Shown: one piece after another, positions 53,392 to 61,670 of the stretch
Layout: each line of letters begins with the position of its first letter
Position numbering within the stretch: the stretch's first letter is position 1
Virus record (IMG/VR): IMGVR_UViG_3300020005_000004
Location: 4,336 to 68,335 of that record
From: a virus
Direction: 5' to 3' (one strand)
DNA: 64,000 bases
The notes under the pieces: model-generated
The model's database searches: none
What the model was told of the DNA's origin: nothing
What the model saw: the letters and a program-made list of their open reading frames with translations, nothing else
Program-made: the position numbers and the translations under genes

Positions 53392-53727
53392 TTAACAAGT
53401 TTCCTCTTGGTTTTCGTGGATCAGTCTCATTGTTGCTTTAAAGTCGAAATCTTTTAAAGCCTTGTTTAATGCTTGGAAAAATTCTTCTTCTGCGATATGC
53501 TCCCAAGAATCAATGGCAATTTTTATATTTCTTATATAATCTTCGGTTGCATCATTTTCTACTGAAACTCTTTTATTGGGGTACATGAAAATTGAAATAG
53601 TACATTCTTCAATAACGGCCATATACTTTGTGATGTTAGAAGAAACGATTTCTTTAAAGAAAGCCGGAGTTTCTAATTCAATAGATACTTCGGTTGGAAC
53701 GCTTACGGTTGTTTTTAAATTTAGCAT
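53392..53727 (-). CDS. Hypothetical protein
   Basis: [10 protein letters not shown] start shared with 6954..7259. Confidence 0.65.
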   Translation of the reverse strand: MLNLKTTVSVPTEVSIELETPAFFKEIVSSNITKYMAVIEECTISIFMYPNKRVSVENDATEDYIRNIKIAIDSWEHIAEEEFFQALNKALKDFDFKATMRLIHENQEETC

Positions 53728-53745
53728 GGTTTGTTTATTTAAAGT

Positions 53746-53955
53746 TTAAGAAAAATTGATAATATTATAAAGGCCGAATTTTTCGATTTCTTTTTTAACA
53801 TCCCAATTAACCTTACCCCATAAGTATTCGTTCTGAACAAAATAATCTATTTGCTCAAGTTTATTCCAGTCATAGGCGGTTATCTGTCCATCAGAGTAAA
53901 ACACATGAATTGATTGCTCGTTATAGTTAACTGCAAATTTTGAAACTGTTGCCAT
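53746..53955 (-). CDS. Hypothetical protein
   Basis: Leftward ORF with A-rich start. Confidence 0.55.
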   Translation of the reverse strand: MATVSKFAVNYNEQSIHVFYSDGQITAYDWNKLEQIDYFVQNEYLWGKVNWDVKKEIEKFGLYNIINFS

Positions 53956-53985
53956 AAAAAATGTTTTTGGTTTGTTTAAAAATTA

Positions 53986-54012
53986 GTTCCCCTACTTTCG
54001 ATTTCGGGGAAC
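53986..54012 (-). promoter_or_regulatory. RNA hairpin with AAUCGAAAGUA apex
   Basis: Counterpart of 7288-7320. Confidence 0.6.
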
Positions 54013-54021
54013 GTAAACTAT

Positions 54022-54267
54022 TTAAGAATTATTTTTTAATCTAAGTTTCATTTCGGCTAATACTTCTTTGTAACAATCAACCCCTTTCCATCTGTTCGGG
54101 TTGTACTTGATTGAATCTACAACCATTCCCTGATTAATTATTTTGCCCCATGTGCCGTTATTGTTAAAATCCTTTCCGGTTAAAGAGGGGTTATAATCTA
54201 CCTGAAAATCTAACAGCATTTCAACTGTGTTAGTAATCTCGTTTGTTCTGATTGATAAGCGTGTCAT
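54022..54267 (-). CDS. First gene of the leftward operon (copy B), hypothetical
   Basis: Directly downstream of a canonical promoter. Confidence 0.6.
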   Translation of the reverse strand: MTRLSIRTNEITNTVEMLLDFQVDYNPSLTGKDFNNNGTWGKIINQGMVVDSIKYNPNRWKGVDCYKEVLAEMKLRLKNNS

Positions 54268-54287
54268 TTTGTTTACGTTTTAGGATT

Positions 54288-54378
54288 CAAATATACAACC
54301 CTTTTTGATATTACCAAATAATTCTTTATAAATAATTATATAAATATTTGGCGGTTTGGATTAGGCAGATTACTTTAG
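54288..54378. promoter_or_regulatory. Divergent promoter pair (copy B)
   Basis: Minus strand TTTG-N19-TATATTTG (54318-54288); plus strand TTTG-N20-TACTTTAG (54347-54378). Confidence 0.75.
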
Positions 54379-54382
54379 CGTT

Positions 54383-54595
54383 ATGAAACACGAATTAAAA
54401 ACAGAGGTTAGCAATGAAGAAAAGCAAATAGTTCGTTTGCTTTTATCTGGTAAAAAAACAGAAGAAATTGCAAAGGTTGTTGGTATAAAGCCAGAAAACA
54501 TTGCTACCAAACTAAGAGAAATCAGAATTAAATACGGCTGCAAAAATTCGGTAGAACTTGCCGGATATTTTTTAAGAGAAGGAATAATAAACTAA
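54383..54595 (+). CDS. LuxR-type HTH regulator
   Basis: S.EE..I..LL..G....EIA...I..KYG.KN..EL pattern. Confidence 0.75.
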   Translation: MKHELKTEVSNEEKQIVRLLLSGKKTEEIAKVVGIKPENIATKLREIRIKYGCKNSVELAGYFLREGIIN

Positions 54596-54600
54596 AACCT

Positions 54601-54738
54601 ATGGCATACCTTTTTATCAGCTCCGTTTTAATCGTTTTTGTTTTTGCTTCTTATTTGATATTCAGAATAAGGATTCATAGAAACGATGTACGAAAGGCTA
54701 AGAGGCAATGGGATGATTCAGACAATATTTATTTATAA
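54601..54738 (+). CDS. 45-aa single-pass membrane peptide (not in ORF track)
   Basis: Near-identical to 7863..8000. Confidence 0.8.
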   Translation: MAYLFISSVLIVFVFASYLIFRIRIHRNDVRKAKRQWDDSDNIYL

Positions 54739-54754
54739 AACAAACCAATTTAAA

Positions 54755-55384
54755 ATGAGCATTATCGCATCAAATTCAGCACAGCAACGGGAGCTTATTC
54801 CCGCCGGAAACTACATTGCCCGTTGTTATCAAATGATACACATCGGCACAGTACAAGAGTTAATAATGGGCGAAGTAAAAACCGTCAATAAGGTTCGGAT
54901 CGGTTGGGAGCTTCCAGAAGAAAGAAGGGTTTTTAAAACCGAAAACGGGGAACAGCCTTTTGTAATTTCTAAGGAATTCACTTTATCAATGCACGAAAAA
55001 AGTAATCTGAGGAAAACTTTAGCTTCCTGGAGGGGAAAGGATTTTTCAGAGGATGAGGTAAAGAGCTTTGATATTACAAAACTTCTTGGTGTTCCTTGTA
55101 TGCTTAACGTAATCCATAAACAGGGTAAAAGAGATCCGTCAAAAAGCTACGAAGAAATTGCAGGGGTTAGTCCACTTCCAAAATCGGTTAAATGTCCAAA
55201 GCAGGAAAATGCAATGTTAGTTCTGGATTATACAAACTTCGATTATGATGTTTATAATAAACTTCCTGACTTCATTAAGGACAAAATAAAGGGAAGTGAT
55301 GAGTATAAGAAATTGCAGAACCCTGAATCAATGAGTATTGATAATTCACATGAAACTGAGGCAACAGACGATTTGCCATTTTAA
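54755..55384 (+). CDS. Putative ssDNA-binding protein
   Basis: PAG.Y.ARC...I..GT, acidic DDLPF C-terminus; start reassigned to MSIIAS. Confidence 0.7.
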   Translation: MSIIASNSAQQRELIPAGNYIARCYQMIHIGTVQELIMGEVKTVNKVRIGWELPEERRVFKTENGEQPFVISKEFTLSMHEKSNLRKTLASWRGKDFSEDEVKSFDITKLLGVPCMLNVIHKQGKRDPSKSYEEIAGVSPLPKSVKCPKQENAMLVLDYTNFDYDVYNKLPDFIKDKIKGSDEYKKLQNPESMSIDNSHETEATDDLPF

Positions 55385-55386
55385 CC

Positions 55387-55869
55387 ATGAACGATTTAAC
55401 AACTACTTCAATACTTGCCTTATTTGAAACAAATAAAGAGCAAAGACAATCCTTCGCTTTGGACATGGTTTCTAAGATCGAACAGGGCGAAGTTGATCCG
55501 CTTAAAATTCATCTTCAGGTTAAGGCAATGGAAGATATTATAAAACTCCTTAACGACAATACTATTTACAAGAAAGCGATTTTGGATGCCGCTGAAAAAC
55601 ATGGTAAGAAGTTTGAGTTTATGAATGCGGAAATAGCTATTAAAGAAGTTGGGGTTAAATATAACTTTGAGCAATGCTGCGATCACGAATGGTATTTATT
55701 AAACCAACAATCTGATTCATTATCTGCGCAACGAAAAGAAAGGGAAACTTTTTTAAAGACAGTTCCATCGAAAGGAATTGACATTGTAAGTAAAGAGACT
55801 GGCGAAATGGTTACAATTTACCCTCCTTCAAAATCTTCCACAACTTCAATCGCTGTAACACTTAAATAA
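55387..55869 (+). CDS. Conserved phage hypothetical protein
   Basis: G...PL, GVKY.F..C, K.RE.FLK, GE...IYPP. Confidence 0.65.
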   Translation: MNDLTTTSILALFETNKEQRQSFALDMVSKIEQGEVDPLKIHLQVKAMEDIIKLLNDNTIYKKAILDAAEKHGKKFEFMNAEIAIKEVGVKYNFEQCCDHEWYLLNQQSDSLSAQRKERETFLKTVPSKGIDIVSKETGEMVTIYPPSKSSTTSIAVTLK

Positions 55870-56273
55870 TGTTCAAAGCAACTAACATACAATCCCCTGA
55901 AGATTTGAATCGAATAGCAACCGATTTACAGGCTTACCTGGAGGCCCAATTTAACGCTGATGTTCCGGCTGCTTGTGTTCAAAGGTCTGAAGAATTAGCC
56001 GGATATATGGCTCAGACAGGAAAAATGCTTGCTGATGCAAAATGGCACTATAACAACCTTTTGAATAGTGAGATTATTAAGGCTTTGAAGGATCAGGATA
56101 AAATGACGGCAAGTACTTTGAATAATTACATTAAAGGAATGTGTAAGGATTATCAGTATTTAGTGGACTGGATAGATAGGATCAATGCAACTTGCACTCA
56201 TCAAATTGACCTTATTAGATCGTTAATTTCTAAGCATAAAGAAGAATTAAAGTTATCAGGATGGCAAAAGTAA
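55869..56273 (+). CDS. Helical protein, possible recombination mediator
   Basis: HQID..RS.IS..KEE; position in the recombination block. Confidence 0.55.
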   Translation: MFKATNIQSPEDLNRIATDLQAYLEAQFNADVPAACVQRSEELAGYMAQTGKMLADAKWHYNNLLNSEIIKALKDQDKMTASTLNNYIKGMCKDYQYLVDWIDRINATCTHQIDLIRSLISKHKEELKLSGWQK

Positions 56274-56632
56274 TACCATTACCAAAGCTCTTAAAAAAGG
56301 CTCAGATAGTTTTCAATAGGTTTATAAGGCTTAGGGATCAATCAAAGGGCTGCATTAGTTGCGGGGCAGAAGTGACGGAAGCTGGTCATTACTATTCACA
56401 AGGCCATCACTCTGCCCTTCGTTTTTCAGAGATCAATACGAATGGACAATGCCCCAGATGCAACAGGTGGCTACATGGGAACTTAATTAATTATCGAAAC
56501 GGATTATTAAGCAGATACGGAAAACAAGAATTAGACTTGTTGGATTCGGTAGGCACAAGGCCAAAAGCTAAGAAATGGGAACGTCACGAACTTGAATTTA
56601 TAATAAATCATTACCAATGCCAGGAACAATAA
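56261..56632 (+). CDS. ninG: NinG/Rap-like recombination nuclease
   Basis: Paralog of 9256..9627. Confidence 0.85.
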   Translation: MAKVIPLPKLLKKAQIVFNRFIRLRDQSKGCISCGAEVTEAGHYYSQGHHSALRFSEINTNGQCPRCNRWLHGNLINYRNGLLSRYGKQELDLLDSVGTRPKAKKWERHELEFIINHYQCQEQ

Positions 56633-56817
56633 AACTTTTACTTCCAAACGGAACAAAAGAAAAAGAGGTTCATTATTATTCAACTAAAGAATGGAAGTCT
56701 TTAATAAATACTTGGATTGAATTGTACGGGGCAAGGATTGAGAATTATTTTATTCATATAGTTCCAGATCGTGAAGGAAACAAACATTTGAAAAACCAAA
56801 AATATAAACTACAATGA
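56617..56817 (+). CDS. Hypothetical protein
   Basis: Paralog of 9606..9800. Confidence 0.7.
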   Translation: MPGTIKLLLPNGTKEKEVHYYSTKEWKSLINTWIELYGARIENYFIHIVPDREGNKHLKNQKYKLQ

Positions 56818-57290
56818 AAGAAATAATAGTTTAGTCTAAAAAATATGGTACTAAAATAGTTCTTTTAGATGACGAAGACTTTGCATTGGTTTCTAATTAT
56901 ACGTGGTGTGTTATAAACGGGAGATGTACATTCTATTCACAAACCAAAATAAAAGATAAGACGGTATTAATGCACAGGCTAATATTGGGACTAAATGACC
57001 CTAAAATACCTTGTGATCATCGTGACCATAATGGGTTAAACAATCAAAGGAATAATTTAAGGATTTGTACTCACGCTCAAAATTTATGCAATAGAAGTCC
57101 AAATAAAAACGGTACATCTAAATATCTTGGTGTTAGTTGGGATAAGGAACATAGAAAATGGAAGGTTTTAATACATAACAAATTTCTCGGAAGATTTAAT
57201 TTAGAAACAGATGCGGCTAAAGCGTATAATAAAGCGGCAAAAGAAATACACGGCGACTTTGCAAACTTAAATCCAATACCGTTTAATTAG
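56814..57290 (+). pseudogene. HNH-AP2 endonuclease with in-frame TAG at codon 7
   Basis: MKEIIV*SKKYGTKIVLLDDEDF continues in frame into the 56886 ORF; TAG at 56832-56834. Confidence 0.75.
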
Positions 57291-57391
57291 AAAACCCAGA
57301 GCTTAGGGGAACGGTGAATGAGGCAAGGCAAAAGGAAGGGGAGGAAGTTAGAAGGGAGATTTAAAATGTGGATAACTTATTTTGATAAATG

Positions 57392-57423
57392 TTTGCAGGT
57401 ATCAAAGTAAATGGTTAGCTTTG
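57392..57423 (+). promoter_or_regulatory. Bacteroidota-type promoter
   Basis: TTTG-N20-TAGCTTTG, 16 nt before ATG 57440. Confidence 0.7.
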
Positions 57424-57439
57424 GTAAAAATTAACCAAA

Positions 57440-57625
57440 ATGAAAATCACAATCAATTTAACACCGAATGAAGTTGCCGCTTTAAAGGCATACTTAAAAG
57501 AAGTTAGCCATGATATTAATCCTAAGATCACTAAAAAAGATATTGAAGAAGAAATAAAGGGGGCTGTTTCTGGTCACTTACAAGCCGGTTCGTTAGGCGA
57601 TTATTACCAACAATTTAATAATTAA
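57440..57625 (+). CDS. Hypothetical protein
   Basis: Follows the promoter. Confidence 0.6.
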   Translation: MKITINLTPNEVAALKAYLKEVSHDINPKITKKDIEEEIKGAVSGHLQAGSLGDYYQQFNN

Positions 57626-57629
57626 TATT

Positions 57630-57899
57630 ATGCCAAAAAATAAAGAAACTATTTTGCATTGGAAAGCAGACACAAAGGCTCTGTTTGAAGAGATAATTAG
57701 TTGTGGTGGTAGTATGTGGATTATGCAGCAACCATTAAAGATATTACATTCAATTATGTTAGAAGCTGCTCATCATGCGATGGAAATACAAGACGAAAAA
57801 ATGATTGCTATAATGGCAAGGCTTGGTCTTTACGAAGCCTGTAATCCTAAACACAAAGACCACAAAAAAATACTATCACTTATAAACAAATTTTATTGA
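57630..57899 (+). CDS. Hypothetical protein
   Basis: Operon position. Confidence 0.6.
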   Translation: MPKNKETILHWKADTKALFEEIISCGGSMWIMQQPLKILHSIMLEAAHHAMEIQDEKMIAIMARLGLYEACNPKHKDHKKILSLINKFY

Positions 57900-58352
57900 A
57901 TGACAAAACAAGAAACAAGGGGCGGCAAACGTGAAGGATCAGGCCGCCCCAAATCTGCCCCAACTAAAACACTTTCATACCGAGTTCCTTTGAAACTTGC
58001 CGCTAAGATTGATAAAGAAATCAGAAAAATAATTACCAACATGAAAGCATTAATATTTTTATTCCTGATGTGTTGTATCGCTTCCCTTTGTTCCTGTTCA
58101 AAATCATGGGAAGACATTGAGATCATGCCAGCAGCTAAGAAAGTTTTTATACTAAGTAAACGGTTTACAAACCCGCCTTCTTTGAACCAGGACAAGACAT
58201 GGAAGCCTTACAAGATCATTACGGAAGAAATTAAAGGGGTAGATTGGCAGGGGTATTATGGAGTAAAGGCAGACACTTTAATTTCGACTTGTTCAATAGA
58301 CAAAAGGGATTCATTATTTAAGATCGAAATAAGAACTTTTGAAATAAGATGA
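57900..58352 (+). CDS. DNA-binding-like N-terminus in frame with a lipoprotein (internal start 58041)
   Basis: RGGKREGSGRPK then MKALIFLFLMCCIASLCSC. Confidence 0.6.
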   Translation: MTKQETRGGKREGSGRPKSAPTKTLSYRVPLKLAAKIDKEIRKIITNMKALIFLFLMCCIASLCSCSKSWEDIEIMPAAKKVFILSKRFTNPPSLNQDKTWKPYKIITEEIKGVDWQGYYGVKADTLISTCSIDKRDSLFKIEIRTFEIR

Positions 58353-58398
58353 GGGTTTGTGATCGGGATTTATTTGAGAGAAGAATTTATATTGTAAA

Positions 58399-59469
58399 AT
58401 GAAACACGGATCACTATTTTCTGGGATTGGAGGCTTTGACCTTGCTGCTGAGTGGATGGGTTGGGAAAATATGTTTCATTGTGAATGGAATCCTTTCGGA
58501 CAAAAAGTTTTAAATTACTATTGGCCTAATGCAAAAAGTTATGGAGATATTACCAAAACAGATTTTACAGAATGGAGAGGAAAAGTTGACATTGTTTCCG
58601 GTGGATTTCCTTGTCAACCATACTCACAGGCGGGGAAACGAAAAGGAAAGGAAGATGACAGACACCTCTGGCCTTCGATGCTTAGAGCAATTAAAGAAAT
58701 TCAACCAGGTTGGATCGTTGGCGAAAACGTTTCTGGCTTGCTTAATTGGTCAGGGGGATTGGTACTCGATGAGATCAAGGCTGATTTTGGAGCTGCGGGG
58801 TTTGAGGTCTTCCCACCACTTGTACTGCCAGCTTGCGCCGTCAACGCTCCCCACAGAAGAGATAGGGTTTGGATTGTTGCCCACTCCACAAGCATCAGAA
58901 ATAAAAGATGTGGGGACGAATATGGAAAATCTACGGAAGTTGCCACCGAAGGAAAGACTAAGCCGAATATTGGCACATGGCTTAATGCCAACACCTACGG
59001 CATCAGACAAACCAACGAATATAAATCCAACTCAGTTGAAGGATACGGTAAGCGGTTTTGTAACGAATGCCATGTACCCGACTCCAACGGTAATGGATCA
59101 CATGATGATAAAAACGGGGAGGAAGGATTCAAACTTGGAGCAAGGCGGGAGGCACTCAGTAACATTAATGGGAATGGCAGCGAAGGGTTATTTGCCAACT
59201 CCAAATGCTTCGGACAACAGGGACAGAGGCGGCCCAGCGAATTCATCGGTACAAAGGAGAATGGAAATAGGAAAGCAAGTTGGTCTTACGATGATGGTAG
59301 ATGGCCGACTGTCTCCCCACTTTGTGCTGGAAATGATGGGCTATCCACCAAATTGGACGGAATTGCCTTTTCAAAATGGGCAACCGAATCAATCAAAGGA
59401 GCAGGAAACGCAATAGTTCCCCAAGTAGCTTATGAGATTTTTAAAGCAATAGAGGCAATGGAAAAATAA
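58399..59469 (+). CDS. C5 DNA cytosine methyltransferase, main (alpha-like) frame
   Basis: LFSGIGG, GGFPCQ, ENV, PHRR.RVW, GNAIVP; motif IX missing. Confidence 0.92.
   Translation: MKHGSLFSGIGGFDLAAEWMGWENMFHCEWNPFGQKVLNYYWPNAKSYGDITKTDFTEWRGKVDIVSGGFPCQPYSQAGKRKGKEDDRHLWPSMLRAIKEIQPGWIVGENVSGLLNWSGGLVLDEIKADFGAAGFEVFPPLVLPACAVNAPHRRDRVWIVAHSTSIRNKRCGDEYGKSTEVATEGKTKPNIGTWLNANTYGIRQTNEYKSNSVEGYGKRFCNECHVPDSNGNGSHDDKNGEEGFKLGARREALSNINGNGSEGLFANSKCFGQQGQRRPSEFIGTKENGNRKASWSYDDGRWPTVSPLCAGNDGLSTKLDGIAFSKWATESIKGAGNAIVPQVAYEIFKAIEAMEK
58769..59416 (+). CDS. Nested +1-frame methyltransferase subunit (beta-like)
   Basis: Four xPTP repeats and motif IX-like RLSPHFVLEMMGYPPNWT; frame open from 58529, start at ATG 58769 inferred. 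Confidence 0.72.
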   Translation: MRSRLILELRGLRSSHHLYCQLAPSTLPTEEIGFGLLPTPQASEIKDVGTNMENLRKLPPKERLSRILAHGLMPTPTASDKPTNINPTQLKDTVSGFVTNAMYPTPTVMDHMMIKTGRKDSNLEQGGRHSVTLMGMAAKGYLPTPNASDNRDRGGPANSSVQRRMEIGKQVGLTMMVDGRLSPHFVLEMMGYPPNWTELPFQNGQPNQSKEQETQ

Positions 59470-59471
59470 AT

Positions 59472-59615
59472 TTTGTTTACTGGCTCTTTGTTTTTATATT
59501 AGCGTACTTATTTTTAGTACGGATTTTGCAGATGAAGAGTGAATCATTCGCAAAATCTTATTTCAAGATTAAATAGTCGGTAAAGGTTTCACTCCCTGAG
59601 CCGGCTTTTTTATTT
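59472..59615 (+). promoter_or_regulatory. Promoter plus two-hairpin leader/attenuator of the replication gene
   Basis: TTTG-N19-TATATTAG; hairpins 59522-59557 and 59575-59606 followed by a T run. Confidence 0.7.
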
Positions 59616-59616
59616 A

Positions 59617-60261
59617 ATGGAAGGGAAAAAATCTTTCGTTCTTTATTCTGACATAATTCATACCGTCAAGAAACTACCTAATAACAAGGCGGGAGAACTG
59701 TTTAAATTAATCCTTTCCTATGTAAATGATGAAAACCCCACTACAAAAGATTTAGCCGTTGATCTTGCATTTGAGCCAATTAAACAGCAGCTTAAAAGGG
59801 ATTTAAAGAAATGGGATGATGAGAAAAAGCAAAGGAGTGAAGCCGGAAAAAAGGGTATGGAAAGTAGGTGGCATAACAAAAGTATAACAGAAGATAACGG
59901 TGTTAAAAGTGTTATAACGAAAATAACTGATAATGTAATTGTTAATGTAAATGAGAATGTAAGTACAATACAGAATATAGATATAGATCACAACTTGGAA
60001 CTTCCGGAAATGAAAATTAATAATGCAATCGAATATTTAAGCAGAACAAGAAAAACGGAAGCTGACCGTGACTTAGTATTAACCCTATGGACTGCATTTA
60101 AAGAAAAGAATTTCACCGGCGAAAAATTTTACAAATCAGAAGCTAAAATATTCGGACACTTTTTTGAAACTTTAAAATTTGAAAAAATAAATGGACATCC
60201 AATTACTTCAACAAAGCTTGGAACCAGCGAAGCAAGAAATAACGCAGTCACTAAGTGGTGA
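59617..60261 (+). CDS. Putative replication initiator (DUF6291-like N-terminus)
   Basis: KKSFVLY.D, AG.LFK.I..YVND; C-terminal block almost identical to 11979..12659. Confidence 0.72.
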   Translation: MEGKKSFVLYSDIIHTVKKLPNNKAGELFKLILSYVNDENPTTKDLAVDLAFEPIKQQLKRDLKKWDDEKKQRSEAGKKGMESRWHNKSITEDNGVKSVITKITDNVIVNVNENVSTIQNIDIDHNLELPEMKINNAIEYLSRTRKTEADRDLVLTLWTAFKEKNFTGEKFYKSEAKIFGHFFETLKFEKINGHPITSTKLGTSEARNNAVTKW

Positions 60262-60712
60262 TGAAAAAAGATTCTTGTATTTTGTTGAACAGAAGAAAAT
60301 AAAAGACAGGCCTGAAATTGATCTAAGGAACGCTTTAAAGTGGGCAATGGTAAAGGTTGGACTAAGGGGAGCAAATTTTCCTAAAGGCCTTGACAAGTCT
60401 GTATTGCTTACACACATCTTTGAAAATTACGGCAATCATACTCCTGATGAAGTTAGGCTGGCTTTTGATTTAGCAGTTACCGGAAAACTTTCTTTAGATG
60501 CAAATGAGGTAAATTGCTATGAGAGTTTTTCTTGTTTATACTTTTCTAAAATTATGAACGCTTATAGGGTTTGGGCTAACCAAGTTTATGAGCAACATAA
60601 AAAAACAGAGCAGCCGCAGATAGAATACAAACCCGACATTGCACAAATCGAAAAAGAATATCAGGAGTTTTTACAAACAGATTTAGGAAAGAAACTTAAT
60701 CCAAAGATTTAA
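60191..60712 (+). CDS. Putative replication accessory protein
   Basis: E...AF.LA..GKL, FS..YF..I..AY; ends as 12559..13083. Confidence 0.55.
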   Translation: MDIQLLQQSLEPAKQEITQSLSGDEKRFLYFVEQKKIKDRPEIDLRNALKWAMVKVGLRGANFPKGLDKSVLLTHIFENYGNHTPDEVRLAFDLAVTGKLSLDANEVNCYESFSCLYFSKIMNAYRVWANQVYEQHKKTEQPQIEYKPDIAQIEKEYQEFLQTDLGKKLNPKI

Positions 60713-60740
60713 TTTTTTCTGACATACTAAAAATGAGAAA

Positions 60741-61028
60741 ATGAGCGGAATGATAAAAATGACTTGCGAGGGATGCCAAAAGGTTTACGACCTTAAAAAA
60801 ACAAATGAAATTCCTTCTAATGTTTTCTTCATGCGTTGTAATTGGTGTCCTTGCTGTGAAGATAAAGCAGAAGGATATTGGGAAGAATGGTGGGACGAAA
60901 ATGAAAACGACCCAAACAAACCACAACCAATTCCTGTTGGTGATAATCAATTAGTGATGCCATTTATATTTGATGAATTAGAAATAAAAGAACTCCAACT
61001 TTTAAATGAAAGCAATCAGAATATATAG
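60741..61028 (+). CDS. Zinc-finger-like hypothetical protein
   Basis: CEGC and CNWCPCC. Confidence 0.6.
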   Translation: MSGMIKMTCEGCQKVYDLKKTNEIPSNVFFMRCNWCPCCEDKAEGYWEEWWDENENDPNKPQPIPVGDNQLVMPFIFDELEIKELQLLNESNQNI

Positions 61029-61278
61029 CGGTGAAGGGATTTATTCACCTGAAGCCTTAATTGAACTTGCTTCTCCAATGATCAAGCAAGCCAAAGAAGA
61101 TCGGCAATATCTTTTCACGTGGAACACTCCCAAATGGTATTTAAGCGAAGTTTACGGCTATTTAAAACACAACAAGGATTTACCCGAATTGAGTCGGCAA
61201 AGAAAACTGGATCTTTGGAATGAGGCAAAAAAGGATAAATTACTTTACTTATCTTTATATCTCATTGAAGTAATATGA
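61006..61278 (+). CDS. Hypothetical protein
   Basis: Coupled to TerS. Confidence 0.55.
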   Translation: MKAIRIYSGEGIYSPEALIELASPMIKQAKEDRQYLFTWNTPKWYLSEVYGYLKHNKDLPELSRQRKLDLWNEAKKDKLLYLSLYLIEVI

Positions 61279-61670
61279 GTGGAAGGCCTATAAAATATTC
61301 AGAAGCATACATTAAGAAAACTAAGGAATATATTGATTTATGCGAAGATGAATTAGTACAAGTTGTCTCAGGGGAATCAGAAAAATTTACAGCGTTCAAA
61401 GAAAAGGTAAGGGTTAAGATTCCAACTATTGAAGGATTAAGTCTTTATCTAAAAATTCACAAGGACACAATTTATGATTGGGAGAAAAAATATAAGCCAT
61501 TTTCCGACGTTATTAACATATTACGAGCAAAACAGGTTGATAATCTGATTAATAAAGGTCTTTCTGGTGACTACAATCCTATAATTGCAAAAGTGCTTCT
61601 ATCTAAACAAGGCTATTCGGAAAAGACTGAAACGAATATCACTACTCAGGACGTTGATTTTACTTTCTAA
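61275..61670 (+). CDS. Terminase small subunit (gp3/Sf6-like DNA-packaging family)
   Basis: GRP.KY, PTIEGL..YL.I...T.YDW, GL.G.YN..IAK..L. Confidence 0.8.
   Translation: MSGRPIKYSEAYIKKTKEYIDLCEDELVQVVSGESEKFTAFKEKVRVKIPTIEGLSLYLKIHKDTIYDWEKKYKPFSDVINILRAKQVDNLINKGLSGDYNPIIAKVLLSKQGYSEKTETNITTQDVDFTF

Noticed and set aside
56832-56834. TAG stop-codon reassignment (genetic code 15)
   Set aside because: Only one in-frame TAG interruption was noticed; long structural genes are intact in code 11 and TAG ends genes sensibly (endolysin 3137, TerL 15830)
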